A stretch of DNA of 64,000 nucleotides from an archaeon (GCA_021107635.1 JAIOSL010000043.1:9873-73872), one strand, 5' to 3'; shown: positions 27,748-36,943, counted from the stretch's first letter. Notes: a model not told the origin generated them from the sequence alone. Translations and numbers: made by a program.

Positions 27748-27770
27748 AAAGGGGATTCGGCATCCCCTTT
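27748..27770. terminator. Perfect 9-bp hairpin between convergent genes
   Basis: AAAGGGGAT-tcggc-ATCCCCTTT lies between the 3' end of the Lys-rich ORF and the 3' end of the minus-strand tRNA. Confidence 0.4.
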
Positions 27771-27792
27771 AGTTTAATCAAAGTAAAAGTAG

Positions 27793-27926
27793 TGCTCCCG
27801 CCGGGAGTTTCTCACGTTTCCGCGTGGGAAACGGATTTGAACCCGGGTCTCAAGCTCCGCAAGCTTATATTCTCTTTAGGTTTTCCAGCAATGCTAAAAA
27901 AACAATCCAAGCTATACTACGAGAGC
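27793..27926 (-). tRNA. tRNA with two large insertions; best reading is anticodon GCG (Arg)
   Basis: On the minus strand the acceptor stem GCTCTCG/CGGGAGC pairs 7/7. The anticodon arm is TAAGC-TTGCGGA-GCTTG and the T arm is CCGGG-TTCAAAT-[29-nt insert with GTTTCC/GGAAAC hairpin]-CCCGG. A second insert of about 35-40 nt sits in the D region. I could not resolve the D-stem exon junction by eye. Confidence 0.6.
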
Positions 27927-28022
27927 ACAGAATCAAATTTGGAATTTTCTGGTTTTTAAACCCAAACCTTTTAAAAGAAACCAGCCCAAATATAGCCCTT
28001 GAATAAATGGAGAGTGTAACAA

Positions 28023-28175
28023 ATGAAAAAATGCATCTCTTGCAAGAAAGAAGTTACAGATGACTACGTTAAATTTAATTGTCCAAACTGCAAAAAAGAA
28101 CTAGTTAGATGTCACAACTGCAGAAAAAACGTTATCAAATACAAATGCCCCGAATGTGAATTCACGGGACCATAG
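28023..28175 (+). CDS. Small zinc-ribbon protein (50 aa), the type usually found upstream of aEF-1beta
   Basis: MKKCISCKKEVTDDYVKFNCPNCKKELVRCHNCRKNVIKYKCPECEFTGP has four CxxC pairs. It is below the track cutoff. Confidence 0.7.
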   Translation: MKKCISCKKEVTDDYVKFNCPNCKKELVRCHNCRKNVIKYKCPECEFTGP

Positions 28176-28184
28176 GTGAATAAA

Positions 28185-28439
28185 ATGGGAGAAGTAATAG
28201 CTGTTTTTAAAATAATGCCAAAAGATTCAGACTCCTTTGAAGTCATGAAAGAACAAGTACTAGCCGCAGTTGGTAAAATAGAAAAAATAGAAGAAGAATA
28301 CGTTGCTTTTGGCCTAAAATCCCTAAAAATTACCGTTTTAATGGAAGATTCAGAAGGCGGAACAGACGCACTAGAACAAAAAATCACATCAATAGACAAA
28401 GTCGGAAGCATGGAACTAGAAGGCATCGGAAGAATCTAA
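28185..28439 (+). CDS. Translation elongation factor aEF-1 beta
   Basis: MGEVIAVFKIMPKDSD...EEEYVAFGLKSLKITVLMEDSEGGTDALEQ matches the aEF-1beta pattern. The ATG at 28185 follows GGTGAA. Confidence 0.85.
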   Translation: MGEVIAVFKIMPKDSDSFEVMKEQVLAAVGKIEKIEEEYVAFGLKSLKITVLMEDSEGGTDALEQKITSIDKVGSMELEGIGRI

Positions 28440-28865
28440 ACACCTAACCTTCTCCAGAAACTTTTTAATACCATTCCAATGCGAGCCATGCCAATACAGC
28501 TGGTTACAATCAACACACGCCCACCCCTGCTCGACATGCTCAGGCAACTCGCTTTGCCCTGCATCGCGCAGCGTGCCATTACAAAGAGAACAGCAAAGAG
28601 GCCTCGGACACTCTGAAAGCTTAAGTCCAAAAGTCTTAACGAGAAAATGCATTTGCTCAGCATCATCAGAAGACTCTAAAAGAACTACTCCGTCATTCTC
28701 ACCAAGCTTCTTGTCACGAGTCAACAATACACGACCCTCCAAACGAGCTCTCTTTAAAATCTTCTCGTCGCACTCATCACCAGACGCAAGCTCGGCATCA
28801 TACCCAAAGATACGCAACCACCTCGCAAGTTTTGCAAGCATCGCATCACACAAAAAGAGCGCCAT
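28416..28865 (-). CDS. Mut7-C/DUF82 PIN-like RNase domain protein with a zinc ribbon
   Basis: MALFLCDAMLAKLARWLRIFGYDA is the family N-terminal signature. The C-terminal Cys pairs are CSLCNG...CVDCNQLYW. Confidence 0.8.
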   Translation of the reverse strand: MALFLCDAMLAKLARWLRIFGYDAELASGDECDEKILKRARLEGRVLLTRDKKLGENDGVVLLESSDDAEQMHFLVKTFGLKLSECPRPLCCSLCNGTLRDAGQSELPEHVEQGWACVDCNQLYWHGSHWNGIKKFLEKVRCLDSSDAF

Positions 28866-28903
28866 AACTATTTATTGAACACCCTCCTAAAATAGCAATA
28901 CAC

Positions 28904-31249
28904 ATGATAAAATCACTCAAACTCAAAAACTGGAAATCCCATGAAAACACAGAACTAGAATTCACAAAAGGAACCACTGTTCTAATCGGCCAAATGGGAT
29001 CAGGCAAAACATCTGTAATGGATGCCATTTCCTTCGCGTTATTCGGCACGTTCCCATCACTCAACTCCAGAAAACTAAAACTAGAACAATGCATAATGGA
29101 CAAACCAGAAAAAAAAGAACAATCTAGCATACAACTGATATTTACGCTAGAAGACAACGCATACGAAATAACAAGAATAATAGAACGCGGAAAAGGAACA
29201 ATCAGCGCAGAATTCAGAAAAAATGGAAAGATAGTTGAGACAGGCAACACAAAAAGTGTCACAGAATCCATAGAAAAAGAACTGCAAATAGACTATGAAC
29301 TGTTCTCAAGAGCAGTATACTCAGAACAAAACCAAATAGACTACTTCTTACAAATACCATCAGGACAACGCAAGAAAAAAATCGACGAACTGCTTAAACT
29401 AGATCGCTTCGAAAAAGCAAGAACCACAACCACAAGCGTAATCAACCGACTAAAAAACATGACAAAAGACAAAGAACAAACAATAACAGACCTAGAAGGA
29501 GAAGACTACGACAAAAAAATAACAGAACAAAAAAAAGAACTTGAGCAAACACTCAAAAACGCTGAAAACCTGGAAAAAGACCTACAATCAAAAAAAATCC
29601 AATTAGACCGAATAACAAAAGAAACTCAAGCCCTCGAAGAAAAACAAGAAAAAGCACGCACACTAGAAAATCAATTAAACTCATTTAAAGGCCAAACAAG
29701 CACACTCAAAGAAAAAACAAACACCATAAAAGACAAACTAAAAACCCTCCTAGACAAAGACCTAACACAAAAAAAACAAGAACTAGAACAACGACTTGAA
29801 CAAATCAAAAACCAATTAAAAGAACTCAAAAACAATGAAAACCAAAAAAAACTAGAAAAACTAAATGCAGAAAAAGGCTCACTAGAAGCCAAACTAGAAG
29901 AATTAACCAGAAAAAGTAAAGAGAAAGCCACCCTAGAAAAAACTTTGAAAGAACTAGAAAAACAAGACTGGAAACAAAAACTAGGAGAACAAAAAGAACA
30001 ACTCAAACAACTAGAAGAAGAAATAGGAAGAAGTCAACTGCTAGTAGATACTGAAGAAAAAAGACTCAAACAATTAGACTCCCTACAAGAACGCTGCCCA
30101 GTATGCGATGCTGAACTAACAGAAGAAAAACGCAAAGAACTAACCGATGCTTCACTTAAAACAGTACTAGAAAACAAGAAAAAAATTCACCAACTCAAAG
30201 AACAACTCGAAAGAACAAACATTGAAGAAACCGAAACAAAACTAAGACAACAAGAAAACACCCGCGGAAAACTAGCTGAACTTGACACCAAATCACTAGA
30301 AGAAACCAAACAAAAATTAGAAACAACCAAAAACGAACTAGAAACAACCAAAAACGAACAAAAACAAGACAACAAGAAAAAAGAAGAGCTAGAAAAAGAA
30401 AAAGAAAAAAACAACAAAACACTCGCAAAAATTGAAAGAATAACAGAACTACAAACAGAATACAAACAAGCACAACAACAACAAAACCAAACAGAAGAAC
30501 AAATCAAAAAAACAGAAATCCAGTTGAAAACAATAGACTTCAAAGAAAAAGAACTGAAAGTCAAAAGAGAAATGAAAGAAGACCTAAAAGTCATACACAG
30601 TCAACTCAAAACTAAAATAGACTCCAGTCAACAACTCATAAAAGAAAAACAACAAAACATTGAAACCCTTGAAAAGACAGAACAAAAACTAAAACAATGG
30701 AAACAAGAACTAATTAAACTCAAAGAAACCATTGTATCAATGGACATATTCAAAAACGCTCTAGAAGCAACACAAATCCAACTAAGAGAAGAAACCCTAT
30801 TAGCTCTAAACGCAGGCACAGAGGACCTATGGCCAAAAATCTACCCATACAAAGACTACACCAGCCTAAAACTAGCAATAGAAGGAAGCGATTATGCGCT
30901 TCAAGTAAAACGACGAGATGGAACATGGGTCAACGTAGAAGGCATAGCTAGTGGAGGAGAACGCTCTACTGCTTGCCTAGCTTTGCGCATTGCATTTTCT
31001 CTGGTACTAACACAAAACATATCCTGGCTAGTGCTAGACGAACCAACACACAACCTGGACACGCAAGGCGTTGCAACTCTTGCAAATGCACTCAGAGAAC
31101 ATCTACCCGAACTCGTAGAACAAGTATTTATCATCACTCACGAAGAGGAAATGGAAACAGCAGTCAGTGGTACACTCTATCGCTTTGAAAGAAAGAAAGA
31201 ACTAGACGAACCAACAAACGCAATTCTTGTTACCATGGGACCAAACTAA
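28904..31249 (+). CDS. rad50: Rad50 (SMC-like DNA double-strand break repair ATPase)
   Basis: Walker A is GQMGSGKTSVMDAISFALFG. A long coiled coil carries the zinc hook CPVCDAEL. The signature motif is SGGERSTACLALRIAFS and Walker B is LVLDEPTHNLD. Confidence 0.85.
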   Translation: MIKSLKLKNWKSHENTELEFTKGTTVLIGQMGSGKTSVMDAISFALFGTFPSLNSRKLKLEQCIMDKPEKKEQSSIQLIFTLEDNAYEITRIIERGKGTISAEFRKNGKIVETGNTKSVTESIEKELQIDYELFSRAVYSEQNQIDYFLQIPSGQRKKKIDELLKLDRFEKARTTTTSVINRLKNMTKDKEQTITDLEGEDYDKKITEQKKELEQTLKNAENLEKDLQSKKIQLDRITKETQALEEKQEKARTLENQLNSFKGQTSTLKEKTNTIKDKLKTLLDKDLTQKKQELEQRLEQIKNQLKELKNNENQKKLEKLNAEKGSLEAKLEELTRKSKEKATLEKTLKELEKQDWKQKLGEQKEQLKQLEEEIGRSQLLVDTEEKRLKQLDSLQERCPVCDAELTEEKRKELTDASLKTVLENKKKIHQLKEQLERTNIEETETKLRQQENTRGKLAELDTKSLEETKQKLETTKNELETTKNEQKQDNKKKEELEKEKEKNNKTLAKIERITELQTEYKQAQQQQNQTEEQIKKTEIQLKTIDFKEKELKVKREMKEDLKVIHSQLKTKIDSSQQLIKEKQQNIETLEKTEQKLKQWKQELIKLKETIVSMDIFKNALEATQIQLREETLLALNAGTEDLWPKIYPYKDYTSLKLAIEGSDYALQVKRRDGTWVNVEGIASGGERSTACLALRIAFSLVLTQNISWLVLDEPTHNLDTQGVATLANALREHLPELVEQVFIITHEEEMETAVSGTLYRFERKKELDEPTNAILVTMGPN

Positions 31250-31312
31250 AATACAATAATTTTAAATAAAAGTATTACTAAACAAGCTTAGAGCAACCGA
31301 GGAGGCAAAAAC

Positions 31313-31858
31313 ATGAACAAAAAACTAAAAGGATTCGCTGGATACTTCAGAATACTAGCAATACCCCTAGTAGTAATAATTTTCTGGAGCATAATTGTTT
31401 TTGCAGTAGGAGTTGCAGGAGCACTTAGCGTAGACGTAGCAGGACTATCAGTAGTAGGCGCGTCCCTTGCAATCCTTGGATCAATAATAGGCTCGCTCAT
31501 GGCTGTGCTAGTAGGATTCAACGCAGCAAAAGAAGGAACTAAAAAAATTACCAGACTAGCAGTAATGGGAACCCTATTCGGCCTAATAACTGGAGCAATA
31601 AACAGCATACTTGCAATAGCAACCTCTTTATTTGCTTGGATAACAGACACATCAGTAACAAGCGGGCTCCAAGGAATCTCTCCTTCACTCATAGTAAGCT
31701 TTCTTAAAGACCTGCAAGTTCTTGGACCAGAAGTTGAAGGATTCATAGACATAGCGATAGTCATGTTTGGATCTCTATTAGTACTAGCATCCTGCATAAT
31801 CACCGGAGCAATACTTGCAATAATTGGTGGAATAATAACAAATAAATTTCTTAAATAA
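31313..31858 (+). CDS. Hypothetical polytopic membrane protein (Gly/Ala/Ile-rich)
   Basis: 181-aa ORF preceded by GAGGAGG. I prefer it over the antisense 233-aa ORF at 31288..31989. Confidence 0.55.
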   Translation: MNKKLKGFAGYFRILAIPLVVIIFWSIIVFAVGVAGALSVDVAGLSVVGASLAILGSIIGSLMAVLVGFNAAKEGTKKITRLAVMGTLFGLITGAINSILAIATSLFAWITDTSVTSGLQGISPSLIVSFLKDLQVLGPEVEGFIDIAIVMFGSLLVLASCIITGAILAIIGGIITNKFLK

Positions 31859-31904
31859 AAACCAAAACATTTTGTTACCAAAACCATTAAATATAACAAT
31901 CTGT

Positions 31905-31956
31905 GATATATCCTACTAAGATATATCTTTTTATGATATATCTTGAAGTGATATAC
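31905..31956. promoter_or_regulatory. Array of four palindromic GATATATC boxes at exact 15-bp spacing, ending 1 nt before the PadR start codon
   Basis: GATATATC occurs at 31905, 31920 and 31935, and GATATAC at 31950. Every spacer is 7 nt, and the box is its own reverse complement. Confidence 0.55.
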
Positions 31957-31957
31957 A

Positions 31958-32365
31958 ATGAAAAAGAAACACAAACTCCCAGAAGACATGCAAAAAGCAT
32001 GGGAACAAGAAAGAAAAGCTCTTCCACAAATGGTTCCAACAATGGCACTTTCACTTCTAAAAGAAAATCCCAGACATGGCTATGAAATAATGAAAGAAGG
32101 AAATAACCTCTTACAAAAACACTTCGATGCAAACTTTGAATTTGACGAAAAATTAGATTATTTCACGCCTAGCAACACATACCCCGCTCTTCACAAAATG
32201 GAAAAACAAGGCTTACTCAAATCACACTGGGAAGGAAGGAAAAAATTCTATTCAATAACACCAAAAGGACTTAAAGACTACCAACTAAGAAAAACAATAA
32301 TGCTAGAAAGCATGAAAATGATGGCAATATTATTTAAAGAAATGTTTCACGAAGAGGTAATCTAA
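31958..32365 (+). CDS. PadR-family transcriptional regulator
   Basis: PRHGYEIMKE...YPALHKMEKQGLLKSHWEG is the PadR wHTH signature. Confidence 0.8.
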   Translation: MKKKHKLPEDMQKAWEQERKALPQMVPTMALSLLKENPRHGYEIMKEGNNLLQKHFDANFEFDEKLDYFTPSNTYPALHKMEKQGLLKSHWEGRKKFYSITPKGLKDYQLRKTIMLESMKMMAILFKEMFHEEVI

Positions 32366-33616
32366 ATGAAAAATAAATTACTGATACCAATGCTACTACT
32401 CATACTAACAGGAGTAATGGCGACAAGCGGATACAGGGCAGGCCTTTTATACCAATCCCCAACAGCAAACACATACCCAACACAAGTACACCCAGGAGAT
32501 GAAGGAGTCTTCCTTGAAGTAGAACTAACGAACAACTTTAACTTTCCCTACGAAAATGTAACAACAAGACTAGAACCACAAGGACCATTCAAGGGAATTA
32601 AAACAGAAAACTTCATAAGCGACATACGACCAAACGGCCAAAAAAGTATGTTCTACAAAGTAAATATTGATTCTAATGCAGAACCAGGAGAATACTTACT
32701 CAACCACTACATGACATACAGTTACACAGAATACGATGAAGATGGAGAACAAGGAACATACACAATAGAAGTAAAAAAAACTGTTGCAGTAGAGATATAC
32801 TTCTCTGAAAAACTAGATCTTGCATCAGTAGGCCTAACAGAAAGAGAAATACTGCCAAATGAAGAAACCCAACTGTTAATTAAAGTGAAAAACACAGGGA
32901 GTGTTCCAGTAAGCGACGTAATAGTTTCATACGCAGGCCTCACAACCACTGCAACCATAATAACCGCTGCAGGAGCAAGCAGCGCAACAACAATAAACTT
33001 CCTCCCACTTGAATCCACAAAAAAAACCATTCCATCAATCCAACCAGATCAAGAAATAGAAATATCCTTCCTTCTACGCGCACTAAGAAATACTGAAATA
33101 AAAGCCTATGAACTTCCAGTAACAGTTACTTACGGCGATCAAACCTTAACAGATTCAGCAGTAGTTAATGTAAAAGGAAAACCAGACGTCAGACTAGCAG
33201 GACTGCAAAACGATGAAAGCCTAATTTTCCAAGGACAAGCATTCTCTGTTTCAGTCCAGCTTGAAAATATTGGCACTGGCGATGCAAAATCAGTTAAAGC
33301 TAAAATAATCAGCGATAATATCTCAGGCATAAAAACAGCATACATAGGAACAATAGATGTAGAAGACACAGGAACAGCAATCTTTGACCTCAAAGACTAC
33401 AACCCAGGCAATCATGAACTCACCATAGAAATAACCTATGAAGACATGTATGGAAATGAGCAACCTCCTTTCCAGTTCAAAACAGAATATAGCATATATG
33501 AAAGACCTCCAGATTACTCAGGAGTATTCATCTTAGTAGGAGTAGTACTAATTATAATATACCTCATCTACAGAAGATGGAAAAAGAAAAAAGAACTGGA
33601 ACAATTGGTGAACTAG
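32366..33616 (+). CDS. Secreted CARDB/S-layer-domain-like protein with a C-terminal TM anchor
   Basis: Signal peptide, then repeated beta-sandwich-like segments (LLIKVKNTGSVPVSDVIV; FSVSVQLENIGTGDAKSVKAKI) and a C-terminal TM helix followed by RRWKKKK. This is the typical neighbour of FtsX-type ABC systems in archaea. Confidence 0.6.
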   Translation: MKNKLLIPMLLLILTGVMATSGYRAGLLYQSPTANTYPTQVHPGDEGVFLEVELTNNFNFPYENVTTRLEPQGPFKGIKTENFISDIRPNGQKSMFYKVNIDSNAEPGEYLLNHYMTYSYTEYDEDGEQGTYTIEVKKTVAVEIYFSEKLDLASVGLTEREILPNEETQLLIKVKNTGSVPVSDVIVSYAGLTTTATIITAAGASSATTINFLPLESTKKTIPSIQPDQEIEISFLLRALRNTEIKAYELPVTVTYGDQTLTDSAVVNVKGKPDVRLAGLQNDESLIFQGQAFSVSVQLENIGTGDAKSVKAKIISDNISGIKTAYIGTIDVEDTGTAIFDLKDYNPGNHELTIEITYEDMYGNEQPPFQFKTEYSIYERPPDYSGVFILVGVVLIIIYLIYRRWKKKKELEQLVN

Positions 33617-33617
33617 A

Positions 33618-34757
33618 TTGCTTGATATAGCCTATAAGAACCTAGCTAAAAACAAAGCACGAACAGGGCTATCCCTAATGGCTCTAATAATAGGCGTAGT
33701 CACTATCATATCAATGGTATCAGTAACAGCAGGAATACGCTCGATGGTGACAGACGCCATTTCTGGAATGAACGGCATCATGGTTTGGGAAAAAGATGCA
33801 CTTGACCAACCATGGTCCTATCTTTCCACTGATTATGAACAAAAATTGGAGTCTATTTCAGGGGTGAGAGTAGCTCTACCAGAAGTTTTCGGTTTTATTA
33901 CAGAAATAGATGGAGACACAGCGCGAGGAAGCGAAATGATGATGGGCATGACAGGAGTCATGGGCATTGACCCAGTCAAAGAACAAGAACGTGAAGGCAC
34001 TTTTTATGGAATGGAAATGGATAAAGGTAGATGGCTCAAACCAGGAGACAAAAGTGTAGTCATCCTTGGAAATGAAATAGCAGACAACTACAAAAAACGA
34101 ATAGGATCAACCATTGAACTAGACGGGAAAAAACTTAAAGTAATCGGTATTCTTAAAGAAAGCCAAATGTTTGGAGGCTACATGCTTGCACCGATAGATG
34201 TTGCTAGAGAATTAGCTGATCTGGATAGTGACATAGTTAATGATTATACAATACAAGCATATAACCCACAAGATCAAGGAAAAATAGCTAAAATAATAGA
34301 GTTTAAATATGATGACCTTCAAGCAATGAATTCACAATCAGCAGGAGAAGAAATGTCAGACCTGTTAAACACCTTTGACATGGTCTTTCTTGTAATTTCA
34401 CTCATAGCATTGCTAACCGCAGGAGTAGTCATCATAAACACCATGCTAATGTCTGTCATGGACCGACAAAAAGAAATAGGTGTGCTTAAAGCGGTTGGTT
34501 GGACCAACGATGACATACTCAAACTAGTCCTGATAGAATCTCTACTCCTAGGAATCATAGGAGGCATAATAGGCTGTATAATCGGAAGCGTTATTGTAAC
34601 AATAATCAACAGTGCAATACCTTTTTCTCTTACATTAACTCCAACAAACATTTTAGGAGCATTCATATTTGCAGTATCCGCAGGACTGTTTGGAGGACTT
34701 TATCCAGCATGGCGAATCAGTAGAATAAATCCAATTGACGCGATAAGGATGGAATAA
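33618..34757 (+). CDS. ABC transporter permease, FtsX/MacB-like
   Basis: An N-terminal TM helix and a large periplasmic-type domain are followed by a C-terminal FtsX 3-TM module (MSVMDRQKEIGVLKAVGW). The start is TTG. Confidence 0.8.
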   Translation: MLDIAYKNLAKNKARTGLSLMALIIGVVTIISMVSVTAGIRSMVTDAISGMNGIMVWEKDALDQPWSYLSTDYEQKLESISGVRVALPEVFGFITEIDGDTARGSEMMMGMTGVMGIDPVKEQEREGTFYGMEMDKGRWLKPGDKSVVILGNEIADNYKKRIGSTIELDGKKLKVIGILKESQMFGGYMLAPIDVARELADLDSDIVNDYTIQAYNPQDQGKIAKIIEFKYDDLQAMNSQSAGEEMSDLLNTFDMVFLVISLIALLTAGVVIINTMLMSVMDRQKEIGVLKAVGWTNDDILKLVLIESLLLGIIGGIIGCIIGSVIVTIINSAIPFSLTLTPTNILGAFIFAVSAGLFGGLYPAWRISRINPIDAIRME

Positions 34758-34759
34758 AA

Positions 34760-35902
34760 ATGCTAAGAATGGCTTTGCAAAATCTGTTAAGAAAAAAGAG
34801 TAGGACAATTTTAGCAATGCTTGCACTCATCATTGGAGTGATGACCATCATTTCCTTAATCTCAATCACTGAAGGAGTAAAAGGAAGAGTTACTGATGTA
34901 GTATCTCAAATGAAAGGAATAGTAGTAACTCAAGAAGACGTATTTATGCCAACTCTTTCCAGGCTAGAAACATCAGACATTAATAAAATTGAATCAATAC
35001 CTGGAGTAAGTGTTGCAGCTCCAAGAATAGTAGGTCAAATAATGCTCTTAAAAGAAGGAGAAAAAAGATCAATGACTGCTCAACCATTCTCCATATACGG
35101 TTTGGATCCAGCTAAAGAAGCTCTCACAAAAAAAGGATCTCTCCCAACCGGAGGAACTATACTACGAGGAAGAGCCTTGAAAAGCGGAGATACAAAAGCA
35201 GTAGTGCTTGATGAAGATACTGCAAAAGACGAAAAAAAACTAGTAGGCTCAAAAATAGAATTAGGAGGAAACAAATACACAGTAGTAGGACTAGCAGAAG
35301 CAGTAGGTGGAGCAGGAAGAATGGCAGTAGTTCCTATTAGTGAAGCCAGAGACATACTAGAAGTACCAACAGACAAAATTACTGGAATCTACGTTGAAAC
35401 AAACAATCCAGAAGATGACAAAAAAATAGCAAGATTAATAGAAGCTAAAATAGACGATTCAAGCGCCCAAACAACCGAAGATTTTGCTCAACAACTCATG
35501 GGAATGCTATCTAACATAGACGCGTTTCTTTGGGTAATCTCAACAATCTCTATTGTAGTTGGAGGACTAGGAATAATTAACACCATGCTAATGAGCGTAA
35601 GAGAACGCAAAAAAGAATTTGGAGTCTTAAAAGCAATAGGCTGGACACAAGAAAACATACTCCAACTAGTTATGTATGAATCAATACTTATCGGAATACT
35701 CGGAGGAATCATCGGAGTAACACTCGGTTGGATAGCCGTACAAATTGCAAAACCACTACTAGGCATCTCAATAATGACAGTTACACCAAGTCTTGCAATC
35801 CAAGCCACATTATTTGCAATAATAGTTGGAGTTATCGGTGGGATATATCCCGCATGGGAAACCAGCAGATTAGACCCAATAAAAGCAATGTCAGACAGGT
35901 GA
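34760..35902 (+). CDS. ABC transporter permease, FtsX/MacB-like (paralogue)
   Basis: Same architecture as the upstream permease: MSVRERKKEFGVLKAIGW. Confidence 0.8.
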   Translation: MLRMALQNLLRKKSRTILAMLALIIGVMTIISLISITEGVKGRVTDVVSQMKGIVVTQEDVFMPTLSRLETSDINKIESIPGVSVAAPRIVGQIMLLKEGEKRSMTAQPFSIYGLDPAKEALTKKGSLPTGGTILRGRALKSGDTKAVVLDEDTAKDEKKLVGSKIELGGNKYTVVGLAEAVGGAGRMAVVPISEARDILEVPTDKITGIYVETNNPEDDKKIARLIEAKIDDSSAQTTEDFAQQLMGMLSNIDAFLWVISTISIVVGGLGIINTMLMSVRERKKEFGVLKAIGWTQENILQLVMYESILIGILGGIIGVTLGWIAVQIAKPLLGISIMTVTPSLAIQATLFAIIVGVIGGIYPAWETSRLDPIKAMSDR

Positions 35903-35908
35903 AAAAAA

Positions 35909-36619
35909 ATGGCAAAGAAAAAAATGCTAGAAGCAAGAGAAGTAAAAAGAGAATACATAATGGGTAAAACTGTGGTGCGCGCATTAAGAGGAGTAGACAT
36001 AGACATAGAACAAGGAGAATTTGTATTTATAATCGGCCCAAGTGGGAGTGGAAAATCTACAATTATGCACATTTTAGGCGCGTTAGATCACCAAACCGCA
36101 GGTTCAGTAACACTCGACGGAAAAGAAATGGCCAGAATGAGCGATTGGCAATTATCAATGATACGCAGAAACAAAATAGGATTCATATTTCAAAACTTTA
36201 ATTTAGTTCCCTCATTAAACGCAATAGAAAATGTCATGCTTCCCCTTATGACAAGCGACATGAACAAAACTGTTTTAGAAGCAAGAGCAATCAAACTGCT
36301 TAAACTTGTTGGACTAGGTCATAGAATACATCACCGACCAACTGAACTCTCTGGAGGAGAACGACAAAGAGTAGCAGTTGCACGTTCTTTAATCAATGAA
36401 CCAGAAATTATCCTAGCAGATGAACCAACAGGAGAACTAGACACTAAAACAGGAACAGGAATAATGCAATTAATGCGCAAATTATGTAAAGAAAAAGGAA
36501 CAACGTTTGTTATTGTCACTCACGACACTGAATACATTCAAAAAGGAGATAAAATCTTTCATATCAGAGATGGACTAATAAACCAAGAGATATACAAAGG
36601 CGGAAAAGTAATAGAATGA
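35909..36619 (+). CDS. ABC transporter ATP-binding protein (MacB/LolD type)
   Basis: Walker A is GPSGSGKST, the signature is LSGGERQRVAVARSL and Walker B is ILADEPTGELD. Confidence 0.9.
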   Translation: MAKKKMLEAREVKREYIMGKTVVRALRGVDIDIEQGEFVFIIGPSGSGKSTIMHILGALDHQTAGSVTLDGKEMARMSDWQLSMIRRNKIGFIFQNFNLVPSLNAIENVMLPLMTSDMNKTVLEARAIKLLKLVGLGHRIHHRPTELSGGERQRVAVARSLINEPEIILADEPTGELDTKTGTGIMQLMRKLCKEKGTTFVIVTHDTEYIQKGDKIFHIRDGLINQEIYKGGKVIE

Positions 36620-36943
36620 CTAAACTTCCCTTAAAAAACTTTTTGCCTCTTGGAGTGTTTTTTTTCCGCTATCAGTAAGCTCATAGTACTTACGTTTTCT
36701 TCCGTCCACTTCCCTAATGAAAGAAGAAACCAACCCTCTTGCTTCCAAAGGATAAAGAACACGATAAGAAACAATCCTACTAGCTTTGATGCCTAATTCA
36801 TCAGCTAATTTTTCCTGAAGAGCATAAGCATAGAGAGGTTCCTGCTCAAGCATAGTAAGGATATGAAACCATAAGCATTCTATCCCAAGCTTACGCTTTA
36901 AACGATTAAGCTCCGGAGACTTTCCAAAAGAAAAATCAACCAT
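36620..36943 (-). CDS. PadR-like winged-helix transcriptional regulator
   Basis: LWFHILTMLEQEPLYAYALQEKL...YRVLYPLEARGLVSS is present. Confidence 0.65.
   Translation of the reverse strand: MVDFSFGKSPELNRLKRKLGIECLWFHILTMLEQEPLYAYALQEKLADELGIKASRIVSYRVLYPLEARGLVSSFIREVDGRKRKYYELTDSGKKTLQEAKSFLREV

Noticed and set aside
27341-27781. 146-aa minus-strand Phe-rich ORF
   Set aside because: It is the antisense artefact of the poly-Lys (AAG/AAA) gene. It would run through the terminator hairpin, and no start context supports it.
27824-28006. 60-aa plus-strand ORF
   Set aside because: It overlaps the minus-strand tRNA gene and the promoter region of the zinc-ribbon gene, so it is a by-product of the tRNA sequence.
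31905-31956. A mini-CRISPR array, considered because of the regularly spaced repeats
   Set aside because: The repeat is only 8 bp and the spacers only 7 bp. There are no cas genes, and the position directly upstream of a regulator gene fits operator sites.
31288-31989. 233-aa minus-strand ORF overlapping the membrane-protein gene and the PadR operator array
   Set aside because: The plus-strand ORF has a GAGGAGG site and a clean TM-helix pattern. The minus-strand ORF would start inside the GATATATC array and has no coherent features.
35488-36072. 194-aa minus-strand ORF across the junction between the permease and the ABC ATPase
   Set aside because: It is antisense to two confidently identified ABC transporter genes.
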